A DNA stretch of 33,839 bases from Klebsiella phage ST15-OXA48phi14.1. Under the pieces are notes generated by a model. The model saw nothing but the letters and a program-made list of their open reading frames with translations. It did no database searches and was not told where the DNA came from. The position numbers were made by a program, and so were the translations under genes. The stretch lies in the sequence record MK433578.1, one strand, 5' to 3'. Positions 17,263 through 25,683 of the stretch are shown piece after piece; the stretch's first letter is position 1, and each line of letters begins with the position of its first letter.

Positions 17263-17752
17263 GCGCTGCCTGGTAGGGGCGGTGCTGGCGATTGCCGCCA
17301 CCCTGCCGGGCTTTCAGCAACTTCATACCTCAGTGGAAGGGTTGAAGCTGATAGCCGATTACGAGGGTTGCCGCCTGCAGCCGTATCAGTGTGATGCGGG
17401 GGTGTGGACCGATGGCATTGGCAATACGTCCGGCGTGGTGCCGGGGAAGACCATCACGGAACGGCAGGCCGCCGGAAGTTTCATCACCAACGTTTTAAGG
17501 GTGGAGAAGGCGCTAGATCGCTGTGTCCTGGTGAGCGTACCGCAGAACGTCTATGACGCGCTGGTATCGCTGGCCTTCAACGTGGGAACCGGCAATGCCT
17601 GTGGTTCAACCATGGTGAAGTTTATCAATCAGAAGCGCTGGCGCGAGGCCTGCTATCAGTTGCCGCGCTGGGTATACGTCAAAGGCGTATTTAATACGGG
17701 GCTGGACAACCGCCGCGCGCGTGAGCTGTCCTGGTGCTTAAAAGGAGCGTAA
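17243..17752 (+). CDS. K: Endolysin, T4-lysozyme-like muramidase with N-terminal SAR (signal-arrest-release) segment
   Basis: Glu-Asp-Thr catalytic region YEGCRLQPYQCDAGVWTDGIGNT. The N-terminus RCLVGAVLAIAATLPG is a Gly/Ala-rich weakly hydrophobic helix typical of SAR endolysins. Confidence 0.75.
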   Translation: MNPSTVKRCLVGAVLAIAATLPGFQQLHTSVEGLKLIADYEGCRLQPYQCDAGVWTDGIGNTSGVVPGKTITERQAAGSFITNVLRVEKALDRCVLVSVPQNVYDALVSLAFNVGTGNACGSTMVKFINQKRWREACYQLPRWVYVKGVFNTGLDNRRARELSWCLKGA

Positions 17753-17756
17753 CGAA

Positions 17757-18140
17757 ATGAAAAAGAAACTGATCGGTGGGTTATTTTCGGTGCTGTACAC
17801 GGCGCTGATAATTTTTAGTCTCTTTGTTCCAAACAGTATTGTTCCGGCACTGGTTACAGCCTTGACCTGGGTAGCCTGCCTGCTGAGCTGGGGAGCGGTG
17901 CTACTTTGCCTGGCTGGATGGTATGCGGGCGGCAGTCATCGGGGAGAGGCAAAGCAGGCGCTGACGCGCTTTTTCAGTACGCCAGGAAACCAGGTGATCA
18001 GATGGGCAAGGTGTTCACTGCTTGTGATTTTTCTCACCTTTACGGGCCACGTTGTCACCCTGGTATTTTATCTGCTGACGCTGGTCGCGCTTAAGGTTCT
18101 GCGTGCGCAGATTATTGATGCGGAGCCGGTGACGGTATGA
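17757..18140 (+). CDS. lysA: LysA-like membrane protein (lysis timing/antiholin-like)
   Basis: 127 aa with four hydrophobic helices. Same position as P2 lysA after the endolysin. Confidence 0.55.
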   Translation: MKKKLIGGLFSVLYTALIIFSLFVPNSIVPALVTALTWVACLLSWGAVLLCLAGWYAGGSHRGEAKQALTRFFSTPGNQVIRWARCSLLVIFLTFTGHVVTLVFYLLTLVALKVLRAQIIDAEPVTV

Positions 18141-18565
18141 CGAAGGCGCTGGCGGTAATTCTGGCGCTGGTAGTGCTGGCGCTTGGCTGGCAGTCATGGC
18201 GGATGAAGGAGGCCAGCCAGACCATCGAGCAGCAAGGGCGGGATCTGAAAACGACAGGCGAAAAACTGGCAAAAACGAACAGCCAGCTGATCGCCTTGTC
18301 CATCCTGTCCGAAACCAATAACCGGGAACAGGCAAGGCTTTACGCGGCGGCAGAAAGTACAAACGCGCTGCTGCGAAGCCGTCAGCGCAGAATTGAGGAG
18401 TTAAAACGTGAAAATGAGGATTTACGCCGCTGGGCTGACACTCTTCTGCCTGCTGACATTATCAGGATGCGCGAACGTCCAGCCCTCGCCGGAGGTGCTG
18501 CTTACCGTGAATGGTTGTCCCAGGGTGACGCAGTGCCGCCTGGAAAAGTCGGCGGCACGCACTAA
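18137..18565 (+). CDS. lysB: i-spanin (Rz-like, P2 LysB family)
   Basis: N-terminal TM (ALAVILALVVLALGW), then a coiled-coil-like region and a proline-rich C-terminus. Confidence 0.7.
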   Translation: MTKALAVILALVVLALGWQSWRMKEASQTIEQQGRDLKTTGEKLAKTNSQLIALSILSETNNREQARLYAAAESTNALLRSRQRRIEELKRENEDLRRWADTLLPADIIRMRERPALAGGAAYREWLSQGDAVPPGKVGGTH

Positions 18566-18698
18566 CGGTGATCTGCTGACCGCGCTGGATGAAGTAGAGG
18601 CGGCCTGGGCGGTCTGCGCTGACAAAGTGGACACGATAATTTCCTGTCAGGAGCTAAACAGTGAACAAGCCTCAATCCTTACGCCGCGCCCTGAATAA
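18408..18698 (+). CDS. lysC: o-spanin lipoprotein (Rz1-like, P2 LysC family), out-of-frame overlap with lysB
   Basis: Signal peptide with lipobox LLTLSGC. Starts inside lysB in the +1 frame and extends beyond it (overlapped spanin architecture). Confidence 0.7.
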   Translation: MKMRIYAAGLTLFCLLTLSGCANVQPSPEVLLTVNGCPRVTQCRLEKSAARTNGDLLTALDEVEAAWAVCADKVDTIISCQELNSEQASILTPRPE

Positions 18699-19092
18699 CG
18701 CGGTGCCATATGTCCGTGATAACCCGGATAAGCTGCATTTGTTCGTTGATAACGGATCGGTGGTGGCAACCGGGGCAGCGTCACTTTCATGGGAATATCG
18801 TTACACCCTGAATGTGGTGATTGTGGATTTCAGCGGCGATCAGGGGTTATTGATGGCGCCGGTGGTGGCCTGGCTCATGGAGAATCAGCCGGATGCCATT
18901 CATAACCCGGAACTGCGGGAAAAGTTGCTTTCCTTTGAAGTCGATATTTTGCGCAATGATATCTGTGATATCAGCCTGAACCTGCAACTGACAGAGCGTG
19001 TGATAGTCAGCGCTGACGGTGACGTGTCCAGCGTCGAAGCGGTGCCGGAACCGGACGAACCGGACGAAATGTGGGCGGTGAGCCGTGGCTGA
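18661..19092 (+). CDS. R: Tail completion protein R
   Basis: 143 aa. LRRALNNAV...FVDNGSVVATGAASLSWEYRYTLNVVIVDF matches the P2 gpR pattern. Confidence 0.8.
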   Translation: MNKPQSLRRALNNAVPYVRDNPDKLHLFVDNGSVVATGAASLSWEYRYTLNVVIVDFSGDQGLLMAPVVAWLMENQPDAIHNPELREKLLSFEVDILRNDICDISLNLQLTERVIVSADGDVSSVEAVPEPDEPDEMWAVSRG

Positions 19093-19531
19093 ACTGCAGG
19101 AAGTTGACGCCTGGTTAGATGCGTTGCTGGCGGAACTGGAGCCTGCCGAACGTAAGCGCATGATGCGGGATCTGGCGCAGCAGCTGCGCCGCAGCCAGCA
19201 GAAAAATATCAGGATGCAGCGCAACCCGGACGGGACGGCTTACGAGCCGCGTCGCGTGACGGCCAGAGCGAAACAGGGCCGCATCCGTCGGCAGATGTTT
19301 GCAAAACTCCGCACAACAAAATACCTGAAAGCCGTCGCCAGCCAGGACTCGGCAAGCGTCGAGTTTGAGAGCCGTGTGCAGCGCATAGCCCGCGTGCATC
19401 ACTATGGCTTGCGTGATCGGGTCAGCCGTAAAGGGCCGGAAGTCAAATATGCAGAGCGCCGGTTGCTCGGCATCAATGATGAATCAGAAGACATTACGCG
19501 AGACGTCTTACTGCGTTGGTTGTCACAGTGA
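19085..19531 (+). CDS. S: Tail completion protein S
   Basis: 148 aa. GTG start overlapping the R stop. ...QKNIRMQRNPDGTAYEPRR resembles P2 gpS. Confidence 0.75.
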   Translation: MAELQEVDAWLDALLAELEPAERKRMMRDLAQQLRRSQQKNIRMQRNPDGTAYEPRRVTARAKQGRIRRQMFAKLRTTKYLKAVASQDSASVEFESRVQRIARVHHYGLRDRVSRKGPEVKYAERRLLGINDESEDITRDVLLRWLSQ

Positions 19532-19534
19532 TTT

Positions 19535-19552
19535 TGTGTCAGGGATGACACA
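19535..19552. promoter_or_regulatory. TGT-N12-ACA Ogr/Delta activator site of the V-operon late promoter (embedded in the palindrome TTGTGTCA-GGGA-TGACACAA)
   Basis: TGTGTCAGGGATGACACA seen directly, just upstream of V. Confidence 0.6.
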
Positions 19553-19599
19553 ACCCGCCACGCTGCCGCACTCCCTCCGCGCGTGGCAATCTTGCCTTC

Positions 19600-20172
19600 A
19601 TGAATACGCAATTAACCGAAATCATGCGCCTTATCACCAATCTGATCCGCACCGGCATTGTGACCGAAGTGGACCGGGACGGCTGGCTGTGCCGGGTAAA
19701 AACGGGCGACCTCGAAACCAACTGGATTAACTGGCTGACCTACCGTGCAGGTAAATCCCGCACCTGGTGGTGCCCGTCTCCAGGAGAGCAGGTGGTGCTG
19801 TTCAGCCTGGGCGGCAATCTGGAGACAGCCTTTGCGCTTCCGGCCATCTACTCCAACGCCTGCCCGCCGCCGTCAGACTCTGAAAGTGCAGACGTGACCG
19901 CATACGAGGATGGCGGCTGGTTCGAATACGACCCCGCCACTGGGCGCTGGATTATTCGCGGCGTGAAAACCGTGCTGATTGAGTCTTCGCAGGTTATCTC
20001 CTGCAAAACCGGTGAGTTTGTGATCGAGGCTGACACCACCCGTATTAACAGCAATGTGATCCTGAACGGCGATGTAACCCACGGCGGCGGTGCGATGACG
20101 TCAAACGGCGTCGTTGCTGATAAGCATAAACACCCTGGCGACAGTGGCGGAACGACGGGAGGTCCATTTTGA
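19600..20172 (+). CDS. V: Baseplate spike protein V
   Basis: 190 aa. MNTQLTEIMRLITNLIRTGIVTEV...WLTYRAGKSRTWWCPSPGEQV...HKHPGDSGGTTGGPF is collinear with P2 gpV, including the C-terminal HKHPGDSGGTTG. Confidence 0.9.
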   Translation: MNTQLTEIMRLITNLIRTGIVTEVDRDGWLCRVKTGDLETNWINWLTYRAGKSRTWWCPSPGEQVVLFSLGGNLETAFALPAIYSNACPPPSDSESADVTAYEDGGWFEYDPATGRWIIRGVKTVLIESSQVISCKTGEFVIEADTTRINSNVILNGDVTHGGGAMTSNGVVADKHKHPGDSGGTTGGPF

Positions 20173-20531
20173 CGCTCTATATCGGGATGAGCCGCGATAC
20201 CGGCAGAGTCATAACGGAAACTGACCACCTGCGTCAGTCGGTGCGTGACATTTTGCTGACCCCGCAAGGGAGCCGGCTTGCGCGCCGGGAGTATGGTTCC
20301 CTGCTTTCAGCGCTCATTGACCAGCCGCAAAACCCGGCGCTGCGCCTGCAGATCATGGCTGCGGTGTATGTGGCGCTGCGGCGCTGGGAGCCGCGGTTGC
20401 AGCTGGACACCATCACGGTTAACAGCAGCAGCATGGATGGCGCAATGGTTATTGAGCTGGCAGGCCAGCGTAATGACGGCGTGCCCGTGTCCCTTTCCGT
20501 ATCGACAGGAGCAGACAATGGCCGTTATTGA
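20169..20531 (+). CDS. W: Baseplate wedge protein W (gp25/lysozyme-like fold family)
   Basis: 120 aa. GMSRDTGRVITETDHLRQSVRDILLTPQGSRLARREYGSLL is similar to P2 gpW. Confidence 0.85.
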   Translation: MTLYIGMSRDTGRVITETDHLRQSVRDILLTPQGSRLARREYGSLLSALIDQPQNPALRLQIMAAVYVALRRWEPRLQLDTITVNSSSMDGAMVIELAGQRNDGVPVSLSVSTGADNGRY

Positions 20532-21426
20532 CCTTTCCCAGCTGCCGCCGCCGCAAATTGTGGATGTGCCGGATTTTGAAACCCTGCTGACTGAGCGCAA
20601 GGCTGAATTTGTCGCGTTATTTCCGGCAGAAGAACAGGAGGCCGTGGCCCGCACCTTAACGCTTGAGTCTGAGCCGGTGGTGAAAATGCTGCAGGAAAAT
20701 GTGTACCGGGAGCTGCTGCTGCGCCAGCGGATTAACGAGGCGGCGAAAGCCGTGATGGTGGCCTATTCCGGCGGGGATGACCTGGACAATTTAGGCGCGA
20801 ATAACAACGTACAGCGCCGGGTGATTACAGCTGCAGATGACACCACAACGCCGCCCACGGAGGCTGTTATGGAATCTGACGCGGATTACCGCCAGCGTAT
20901 CCCGGCAGCCTTTGAGGGGATGAGCGTTGCCGGACCGGTCGGAGCCTATGAATATCACGCGCTTAGCTCGGATGGTCGGGTGGCCGATGCCTCGGCGTTC
21001 AGTCCGGCACCGGCGGAAGTGGTGGTGACGGTTCTGGCCCGCGACGGTGATGGCACCGCGCCGGATGATTTGCTGCAGGTGGTCGGGGCTGCCCTGAATG
21101 ATGAAGCTGTGCGCCCTGTGGCGGATCGGGTGAGCGTGCGATCTGCTGAGATTATCCGCTATGAAATTGATGCGGTTTTGTATGTTTACCCCGGCCCGGC
21201 GAAGGAGCCGATTCTGGCGGCGGCGAAAGCGCAGGGCGCGGCATACATCAACGAGCAGCGCCGCCTGGGACGTGACGTGCGGTTATCGGCGATTTATGCC
21301 GCCCTGCATGTCCAGGGCGTGCAGCGGGTGGAGCTGATGAAGCCCCTGGCTGACATGGTGTTAGATAAAACGCAGGCTTCCTTCTGTACTGACTTTAAAG
21401 CAGAGATTGGTGGCTCTGATGAATAG
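20518..21426 (+). CDS. J: Baseplate protein J
   Basis: ATG at 20518 (MAVIDLSQLPPP...) gives 302 aa, the same length as P2 J. The track ORF from 20278 is an extension. Confidence 0.85.
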   Translation: MAVIDLSQLPPPQIVDVPDFETLLTERKAEFVALFPAEEQEAVARTLTLESEPVVKMLQENVYRELLLRQRINEAAKAVMVAYSGGDDLDNLGANNNVQRRVITAADDTTTPPTEAVMESDADYRQRIPAAFEGMSVAGPVGAYEYHALSSDGRVADASAFSPAPAEVVVTVLARDGDGTAPDDLLQVVGAALNDEAVRPVADRVSVRSAEIIRYEIDAVLYVYPGPAKEPILAAAKAQGAAYINEQRRLGRDVRLSAIYAALHVQGVQRVELMKPLADMVLDKTQASFCTDFKAEIGGSDE

Positions 21427-22012
21427 CCTGTTACCGCCGGGATCGTCCGCGCTGGAGCGCAGGCTGGCGCAGGCCTGTTCTGGAATCAGCGATTTAAACG
21501 TGCCGCTGCGTGACCTTTGGAACCCGTGGAAGTGCCCGGCAAAGTTCCTGCCTTATCTGGCCTGGGCTTTTTCAGTGGACCGCTGGGATGACGTCTGGAC
21601 AGAAGCCGAGAGACGTCAGGTTATCGCTGATGCGTTCTGGGTGCATCAACGCAAGGGCACCATAGCCGCAGTCAGGCGCGTCATTGAGGACATGGGTTTT
21701 TCAATGACGCTGGCGGAATGGTGGCAGGTGAATGACCCTGCGGGGACATTCCGGCTTGAAATTAATGTGAATGACGTCGGGCTGAGCAGCAAATATCTGG
21801 ATGAGCTGAACAGGCTGATTAGCGTGACAAAACCCGTGAGCCGTCATATATCACAAATGACTATTGCAACGCATGTTACAGGGCTTATTCACGCCGGAGC
21901 GGCACTTTATGGCGGCGACATAATCAGTATTTACCCGGAAGAATACGAGCCGGATGACAGTCTTTTTTATAACGGCATGGTTTTCCATGATGGAAATAAC
22001 AGCTACAGGTGA
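21419..22012 (+). CDS. I: Baseplate protein I
   Basis: MNSLLPPGSSALE...LWNPWKCPAKFLPYLAWAFSVDRWDD matches P2 gpI. The ATG at 21419 overlaps the J stop; the track start at 21407 is TTG. Confidence 0.8.
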   Translation: MNSLLPPGSSALERRLAQACSGISDLNVPLRDLWNPWKCPAKFLPYLAWAFSVDRWDDVWTEAERRQVIADAFWVHQRKGTIAAVRRVIEDMGFSMTLAEWWQVNDPAGTFRLEINVNDVGLSSKYLDELNRLISVTKPVSRHISQMTIATHVTGLIHAGAALYGGDIISIYPEEYEPDDSLFYNGMVFHDGNNSYR

Positions 22013-22017
22013 CAAAT

Positions 22018-24126
22018 ATGGCCGATATTAACGAATCTCCATTATGGGAAGACGTCATTGAACTGATTGGCAGAACTGAGCGCGTATCGGGCGGTCAGGA
22101 TGGCGTGGCTAACCGCCCGTTAAAGAAACTGGCAAACCGCACGCGTTATCTGAAAGAGCGATTTGATGAAACCGATGCCGATATTTCATCAAAGGTGGAA
22201 GCGGTTAAAACCTTTGATGAGGGGGCGACGCTTAATTCTCCACGCGATGAAATTCTGTACGGAAATTACCGACTTGTCTGGACAGGGTGGTTTCCTAAAG
22301 ACGTTCCGGCGGCGTCGACGCCCTTCAATACCGGCGGTATCGGTGCCGGGGCCTGGGCATATACTTCTGATGCCGCAATCCGTGACAACCTCAATGCCGT
22401 TGACGGTCTGGCGATGGTGGGTCAGTGCCCGGATATTAACCGGCTGAGGATGATTAAATTTGACGCGGTCGGAAAACAGATTTTCCTTAAAGAACATACG
22501 TCGGGGCAGGGAATGGGCGGCGGCACCTGGTATTGTCATTCCCTGACCAATGATAATAGTTATGTGGACGATAACGGGTGCCAGATTATTAATAATCACG
22601 GTCAGGTCATCCGCCGGAAAGATTTGAAAGAAATAACTTCTAGTTACTTCGGTCTTCAAGCTGGCGATTTGATTGATCCAGTTGTTGATAATATGTACAA
22701 GGCATCGCGCACATTTAATATTTATGAAGCCAGGATAGAAAATCCAGGATTTGATAAAGGTTACGTGCTTACTGGGGGTAAAAGATACTACTGTGGTGAC
22801 AAGCCGTTTTACATCCTGTCATACTCGGTTGGAACCTTGAGAGGGCCAAATATATGGCATACAGGGGATAATGTCGGTATCACTTTTTCCAGATTTAAGG
22901 AGGACGGCACGTCTGAGCAGGCCTGGTCATGTGGTGGTATTCGTGGGTTTCGCTTTTGGGGCGCTGCATCTTACCTTGTTCAAGGAAATACCGGTGTGGA
23001 TGCTACACCAGTACGCCTGTCTGATATGTGGCAAGGAGAGGCTTGCGACTTGTGGATTACCGGGTATACGGGGAATACTAATGGTGCATCGGTTTCTCTA
23101 TATAACGAATTTGCGTGGACGGAAGGATCTCTTGTTAAAAATGTAATGGTTCGCCAATCACTGCGTGGTTTAACATTTCTTCGCAAGCATGGGACTACAG
23201 CTACTGATTCATTTTTCCGACCAGAAGTTGATTTTTCATTTAACGCTGGTGTTCCTGGGAAATCAACACAAGTCATGGTTGTTGGCGATGGAACTGCCGC
23301 TGGTAAATGTCTTGTATACGGCCATGATATTAAGCTTACTCAGTGGATGAGTGCCGGGTCATGGCACGATATCGTCAGGCTTGAGGACTACAGTATTATC
23401 GCTGAGACCGGTATTATTAAAATCGTGGCTGATGGGTACGGAATATCCAAAAATACTGTTCCATCGACTGAAGTTGTCCACTCTATAAACGTCCGCGGAC
23501 TTAATGCCAGGTTCAGGAGTAGAGTGGAAAACTGGTCAAACCAGGCCGGTGGTTGGGGGCTGGACTTCCTGAACATCATCTTCCAGTCCAGCATGCACAC
23601 TAACGCCCAGGCTTTTTATGAGTCTGATTTTGACGCGCTGCCAACCATTAACCCTGTTGGGATGAAAATACGATTTAACGGGGTATTCACTGTTGCTGAG
23701 CGGAAGGCAGGACGGATTTACACCCTTAATGGGTTAATTCCAGGAATGACGCTTAAAGTAAAACTTACATCCCGTGAAGGCGATGATATCTATGCGGTAT
23801 CAGTCCAGGAATGGAAGGTTTTCGTTAGATCAACCGATCTCCCATGTATTGTTGTGCCGATGTCAGGAGGTGCAAATATCACAACCACTGATGGACTTGC
23901 GCTGGTTACTGCTGGCGGTCAGCAGGCAACATTCCTGAAAACAGTGACACCAACGCAAGCAAGGAATTTCATCGGTCAGAATTATGGCCTTACTTTGAAA
24001 AACATTAATGACGATAACAGTACATCATATTCCATAAACTCTGGCCGAAAAATTAGATTTGTTCTTCCGGCTAACCCGGATGCAACTACAACTACTCCTT
24101 ATTCCGTTGAGATGGAGGTGCTTTAA
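22018..24126 (+). CDS. Extra receptor-binding protein: tailspike/tail-fiber-like with probable beta-helix (depolymerase-like) body; AT-rich insert
   Basis: About 702 aa. N-terminal anchor-like region (ADINESPLWEDVIELIGRTERVSGGQDGVANRPLKKLANRTRYLKERF). Long Gly/Asn/Thr/Ser/Val-rich middle typical of beta-helix tailspikes. Inserted between I and the H homolog. Central part visibly AT-rich. GGTGA RBS before the ATG at 22018; a GTG at 22009 is also possible. Confidence 0.5.
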   Translation: MADINESPLWEDVIELIGRTERVSGGQDGVANRPLKKLANRTRYLKERFDETDADISSKVEAVKTFDEGATLNSPRDEILYGNYRLVWTGWFPKDVPAASTPFNTGGIGAGAWAYTSDAAIRDNLNAVDGLAMVGQCPDINRLRMIKFDAVGKQIFLKEHTSGQGMGGGTWYCHSLTNDNSYVDDNGCQIINNHGQVIRRKDLKEITSSYFGLQAGDLIDPVVDNMYKASRTFNIYEARIENPGFDKGYVLTGGKRYYCGDKPFYILSYSVGTLRGPNIWHTGDNVGITFSRFKEDGTSEQAWSCGGIRGFRFWGAASYLVQGNTGVDATPVRLSDMWQGEACDLWITGYTGNTNGASVSLYNEFAWTEGSLVKNVMVRQSLRGLTFLRKHGTTATDSFFRPEVDFSFNAGVPGKSTQVMVVGDGTAAGKCLVYGHDIKLTQWMSAGSWHDIVRLEDYSIIAETGIIKIVADGYGISKNTVPSTEVVHSINVRGLNARFRSRVENWSNQAGGWGLDFLNIIFQSSMHTNAQAFYESDFDALPTINPVGMKIRFNGVFTVAERKAGRIYTLNGLIPGMTLKVKLTSREGDDIYAVSVQEWKVFVRSTDLPCIVVPMSGGANITTTDGLALVTAGGQQATFLKTVTPTQARNFIGQNYGLTLKNINDDNSTSYSINSGRKIRFVLPANPDATTTTPYSVEMEVL

Positions 24127-24345
24127 ATGGCGAAAGTAGATCTGGAAAAAATCATTCCGGTATTTGCGTTGCGAATTGCAAATGTTGGTGATGTCACAGA
24201 TGGACAATGCACCTTAACGATAGAGGGTGGCCAGGACGTATCTGACCCGGTAGTCGTGACCGAAGAGTATATACAGAAGTACAACCCTCAGCCTGGTGGT
24301 TATTACATCATGTGCTCAAATGGGGTCGGGTTGTATTCCAATTAG
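24127..24345 (+). CDS. Small ORF (72 aa) between the two fibre genes; hypothetical
   Basis: ATG immediately after the upstream stop. No recognisable motif. Confidence 0.35.
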   Translation: MAKVDLEKIIPVFALRIANVGDVTDGQCTLTIEGGQDVSDPVVVTEEYIQKYNPQPGGYYIMCSNGVGLYSN

Positions 24346-24372
24346 TGATCACTCGCCAGAGAAGGAATAATT

Positions 24373-25536
24373 GTGGCCGGTAAAAAGTTTTACTCATTGA
24401 TTACCACTGCCGGGCTGGAGCGACTGGCAGGCGCTGCCGTCTCAGGTGAGCCGGTCGGTTTTGCACTGATGGCCGTAGGGGACGGTAACGGACAACTCCC
24501 CGTGCCTTACCGGGAGCAATCCGGTCTTGTCAGCGAGGTGTATCGCTCGGCGCTTAACGGGCTGAAAATTACCGATGCCGCCGCGAATGTGATAGAGGCG
24601 GAAATGCTGATTCCCCCGCAGGTCGGCGGATTTACCATGCGTGAGGCGGCATTGTACGACAAAGACGGTGTTTGTCTCGCGGTGGCAAATATGCCGGAAA
24701 CCTATAAACCGTTGCTTGCTGAGGGTTCCGGGCGATTCAGCGTTATCCGTATTCAGCTTGCTGTTGCCAGTACGGCAGATGTTCAGTTACTGAATGACCC
24801 CGGCGTCGTCGTGGCGACCGTTGAAGATGTGATTAAGGTCGGCAGTGAGACTCGTGATTACACCGACAATCAGTTGAGTGAGCACGCGAAGTCACGAAAT
24901 CACCCGGATGCCACGCTGAAAGAAAAAGGATTTACCCGGCTGAGTAACGCCATTAACAGTGACAGCGAAGAACTGGCAGCTACGCCAAAAGCCATCAAAG
25001 CGGCTATCGCTTCGGCGGTGCGCAGTGCCTGGGAGCTGGATAACCCGGTCGGCACCACCCGATTTTTCAGTCAGAATCTGGATCCGAATGAGCGATGGCC
25101 CTGGTCGCAATGGGTGTACACCGGCGAAAATAAATCAATTCGCGTCGGCAAGGCTGATGGCTCGGATGTAGGGCAGACCGGCGGCAGCGATACCGTCACG
25201 CTCCAGAAGGCCAACCTGCCCGCCGTTCAGATTGATGTGAGCGGCGAAACCAGTGAGCAGCAAGAGCAGAAGCTGAAAACCACGCGCGGCGGTGTTCACA
25301 ATCATGGTGGTGTAGCCGGTAAAGATGACCCGTGGGAAATCGGCGGTGATGTGCGTCAGCTCTTTAACCCAAAAGAACTGGGTGTGACAGATGATGCCGG
25401 AGAGCACGACCACGAAGTCACGGTACCGCCGCACAAACACTCGACCAGCGGCAAAACGGCAAATCTCGGCGAGGGTAAATCGTTCAGCGTGGTGGAAGCC
25501 CACACCCTGCTGATGTGCTGGAGCCGCGTCGCCTGA
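24373..25536 (+). CDS. H: Tail fibre protein (P2 gpH N-terminal homolog, shortened; His-rich C-terminal tip)
   Basis: The N-terminal 200 aa are collinear with P2 gpH (ITTAG...MAVGDGNG.LPVP...IPPQVGGF.MRE..LYD..G...AVANM.E.YKP.LAEGSGR...HPDATL..KGFT.LS.A.NS.SE.LAATPKA.K). GTG start. Only 387 aa against about 669 in P2. C-terminal HNHGG...EHDHEV...HKHS His-rich motifs. Confidence 0.8.
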   Translation: MAGKKFYSLITTAGLERLAGAAVSGEPVGFALMAVGDGNGQLPVPYREQSGLVSEVYRSALNGLKITDAAANVIEAEMLIPPQVGGFTMREAALYDKDGVCLAVANMPETYKPLLAEGSGRFSVIRIQLAVASTADVQLLNDPGVVVATVEDVIKVGSETRDYTDNQLSEHAKSRNHPDATLKEKGFTRLSNAINSDSEELAATPKAIKAAIASAVRSAWELDNPVGTTRFFSQNLDPNERWPWSQWVYTGENKSIRVGKADGSDVGQTGGSDTVTLQKANLPAVQIDVSGETSEQQEQKLKTTRGGVHNHGGVAGKDDPWEIGGDVRQLFNPKELGVTDDAGEHDHEVTVPPHKHSTSGKTANLGEGKSFSVVEAHTLLMCWSRVA

Positions 25537-25563
25537 ATCGCCAGAAAAATCCCTGACCAAATC

Positions 25564-25585
25564 AGCCCCGGAATGGGGCTTTTTT
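25564..25585 (+). terminator. Rho-independent terminator after the tail fibre gene
   Basis: AGCCCC-GGAAT-GGGGCT hairpin followed by TTTTT. Confidence 0.7.
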
Positions 25586-25596
25586 CTGTCTGCGGT

Positions 25597-25614
25597 TGTG
25601 CCATTGACGGTACA
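25597..25614. promoter_or_regulatory. TGT-N12-ACA Ogr/Delta activator site of the FI-operon late promoter
   Basis: TGTGCCATTGACGGTACA is an exact dyad, about 70-90 bp upstream of the FI start. Confidence 0.6.
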
Positions 25615-25683
25615 ACGGCCATCAACGGCTTGCGGTGAATGATTTCCCTACCATGGGTGAACCCCTAAACAGGAGATTCATTC

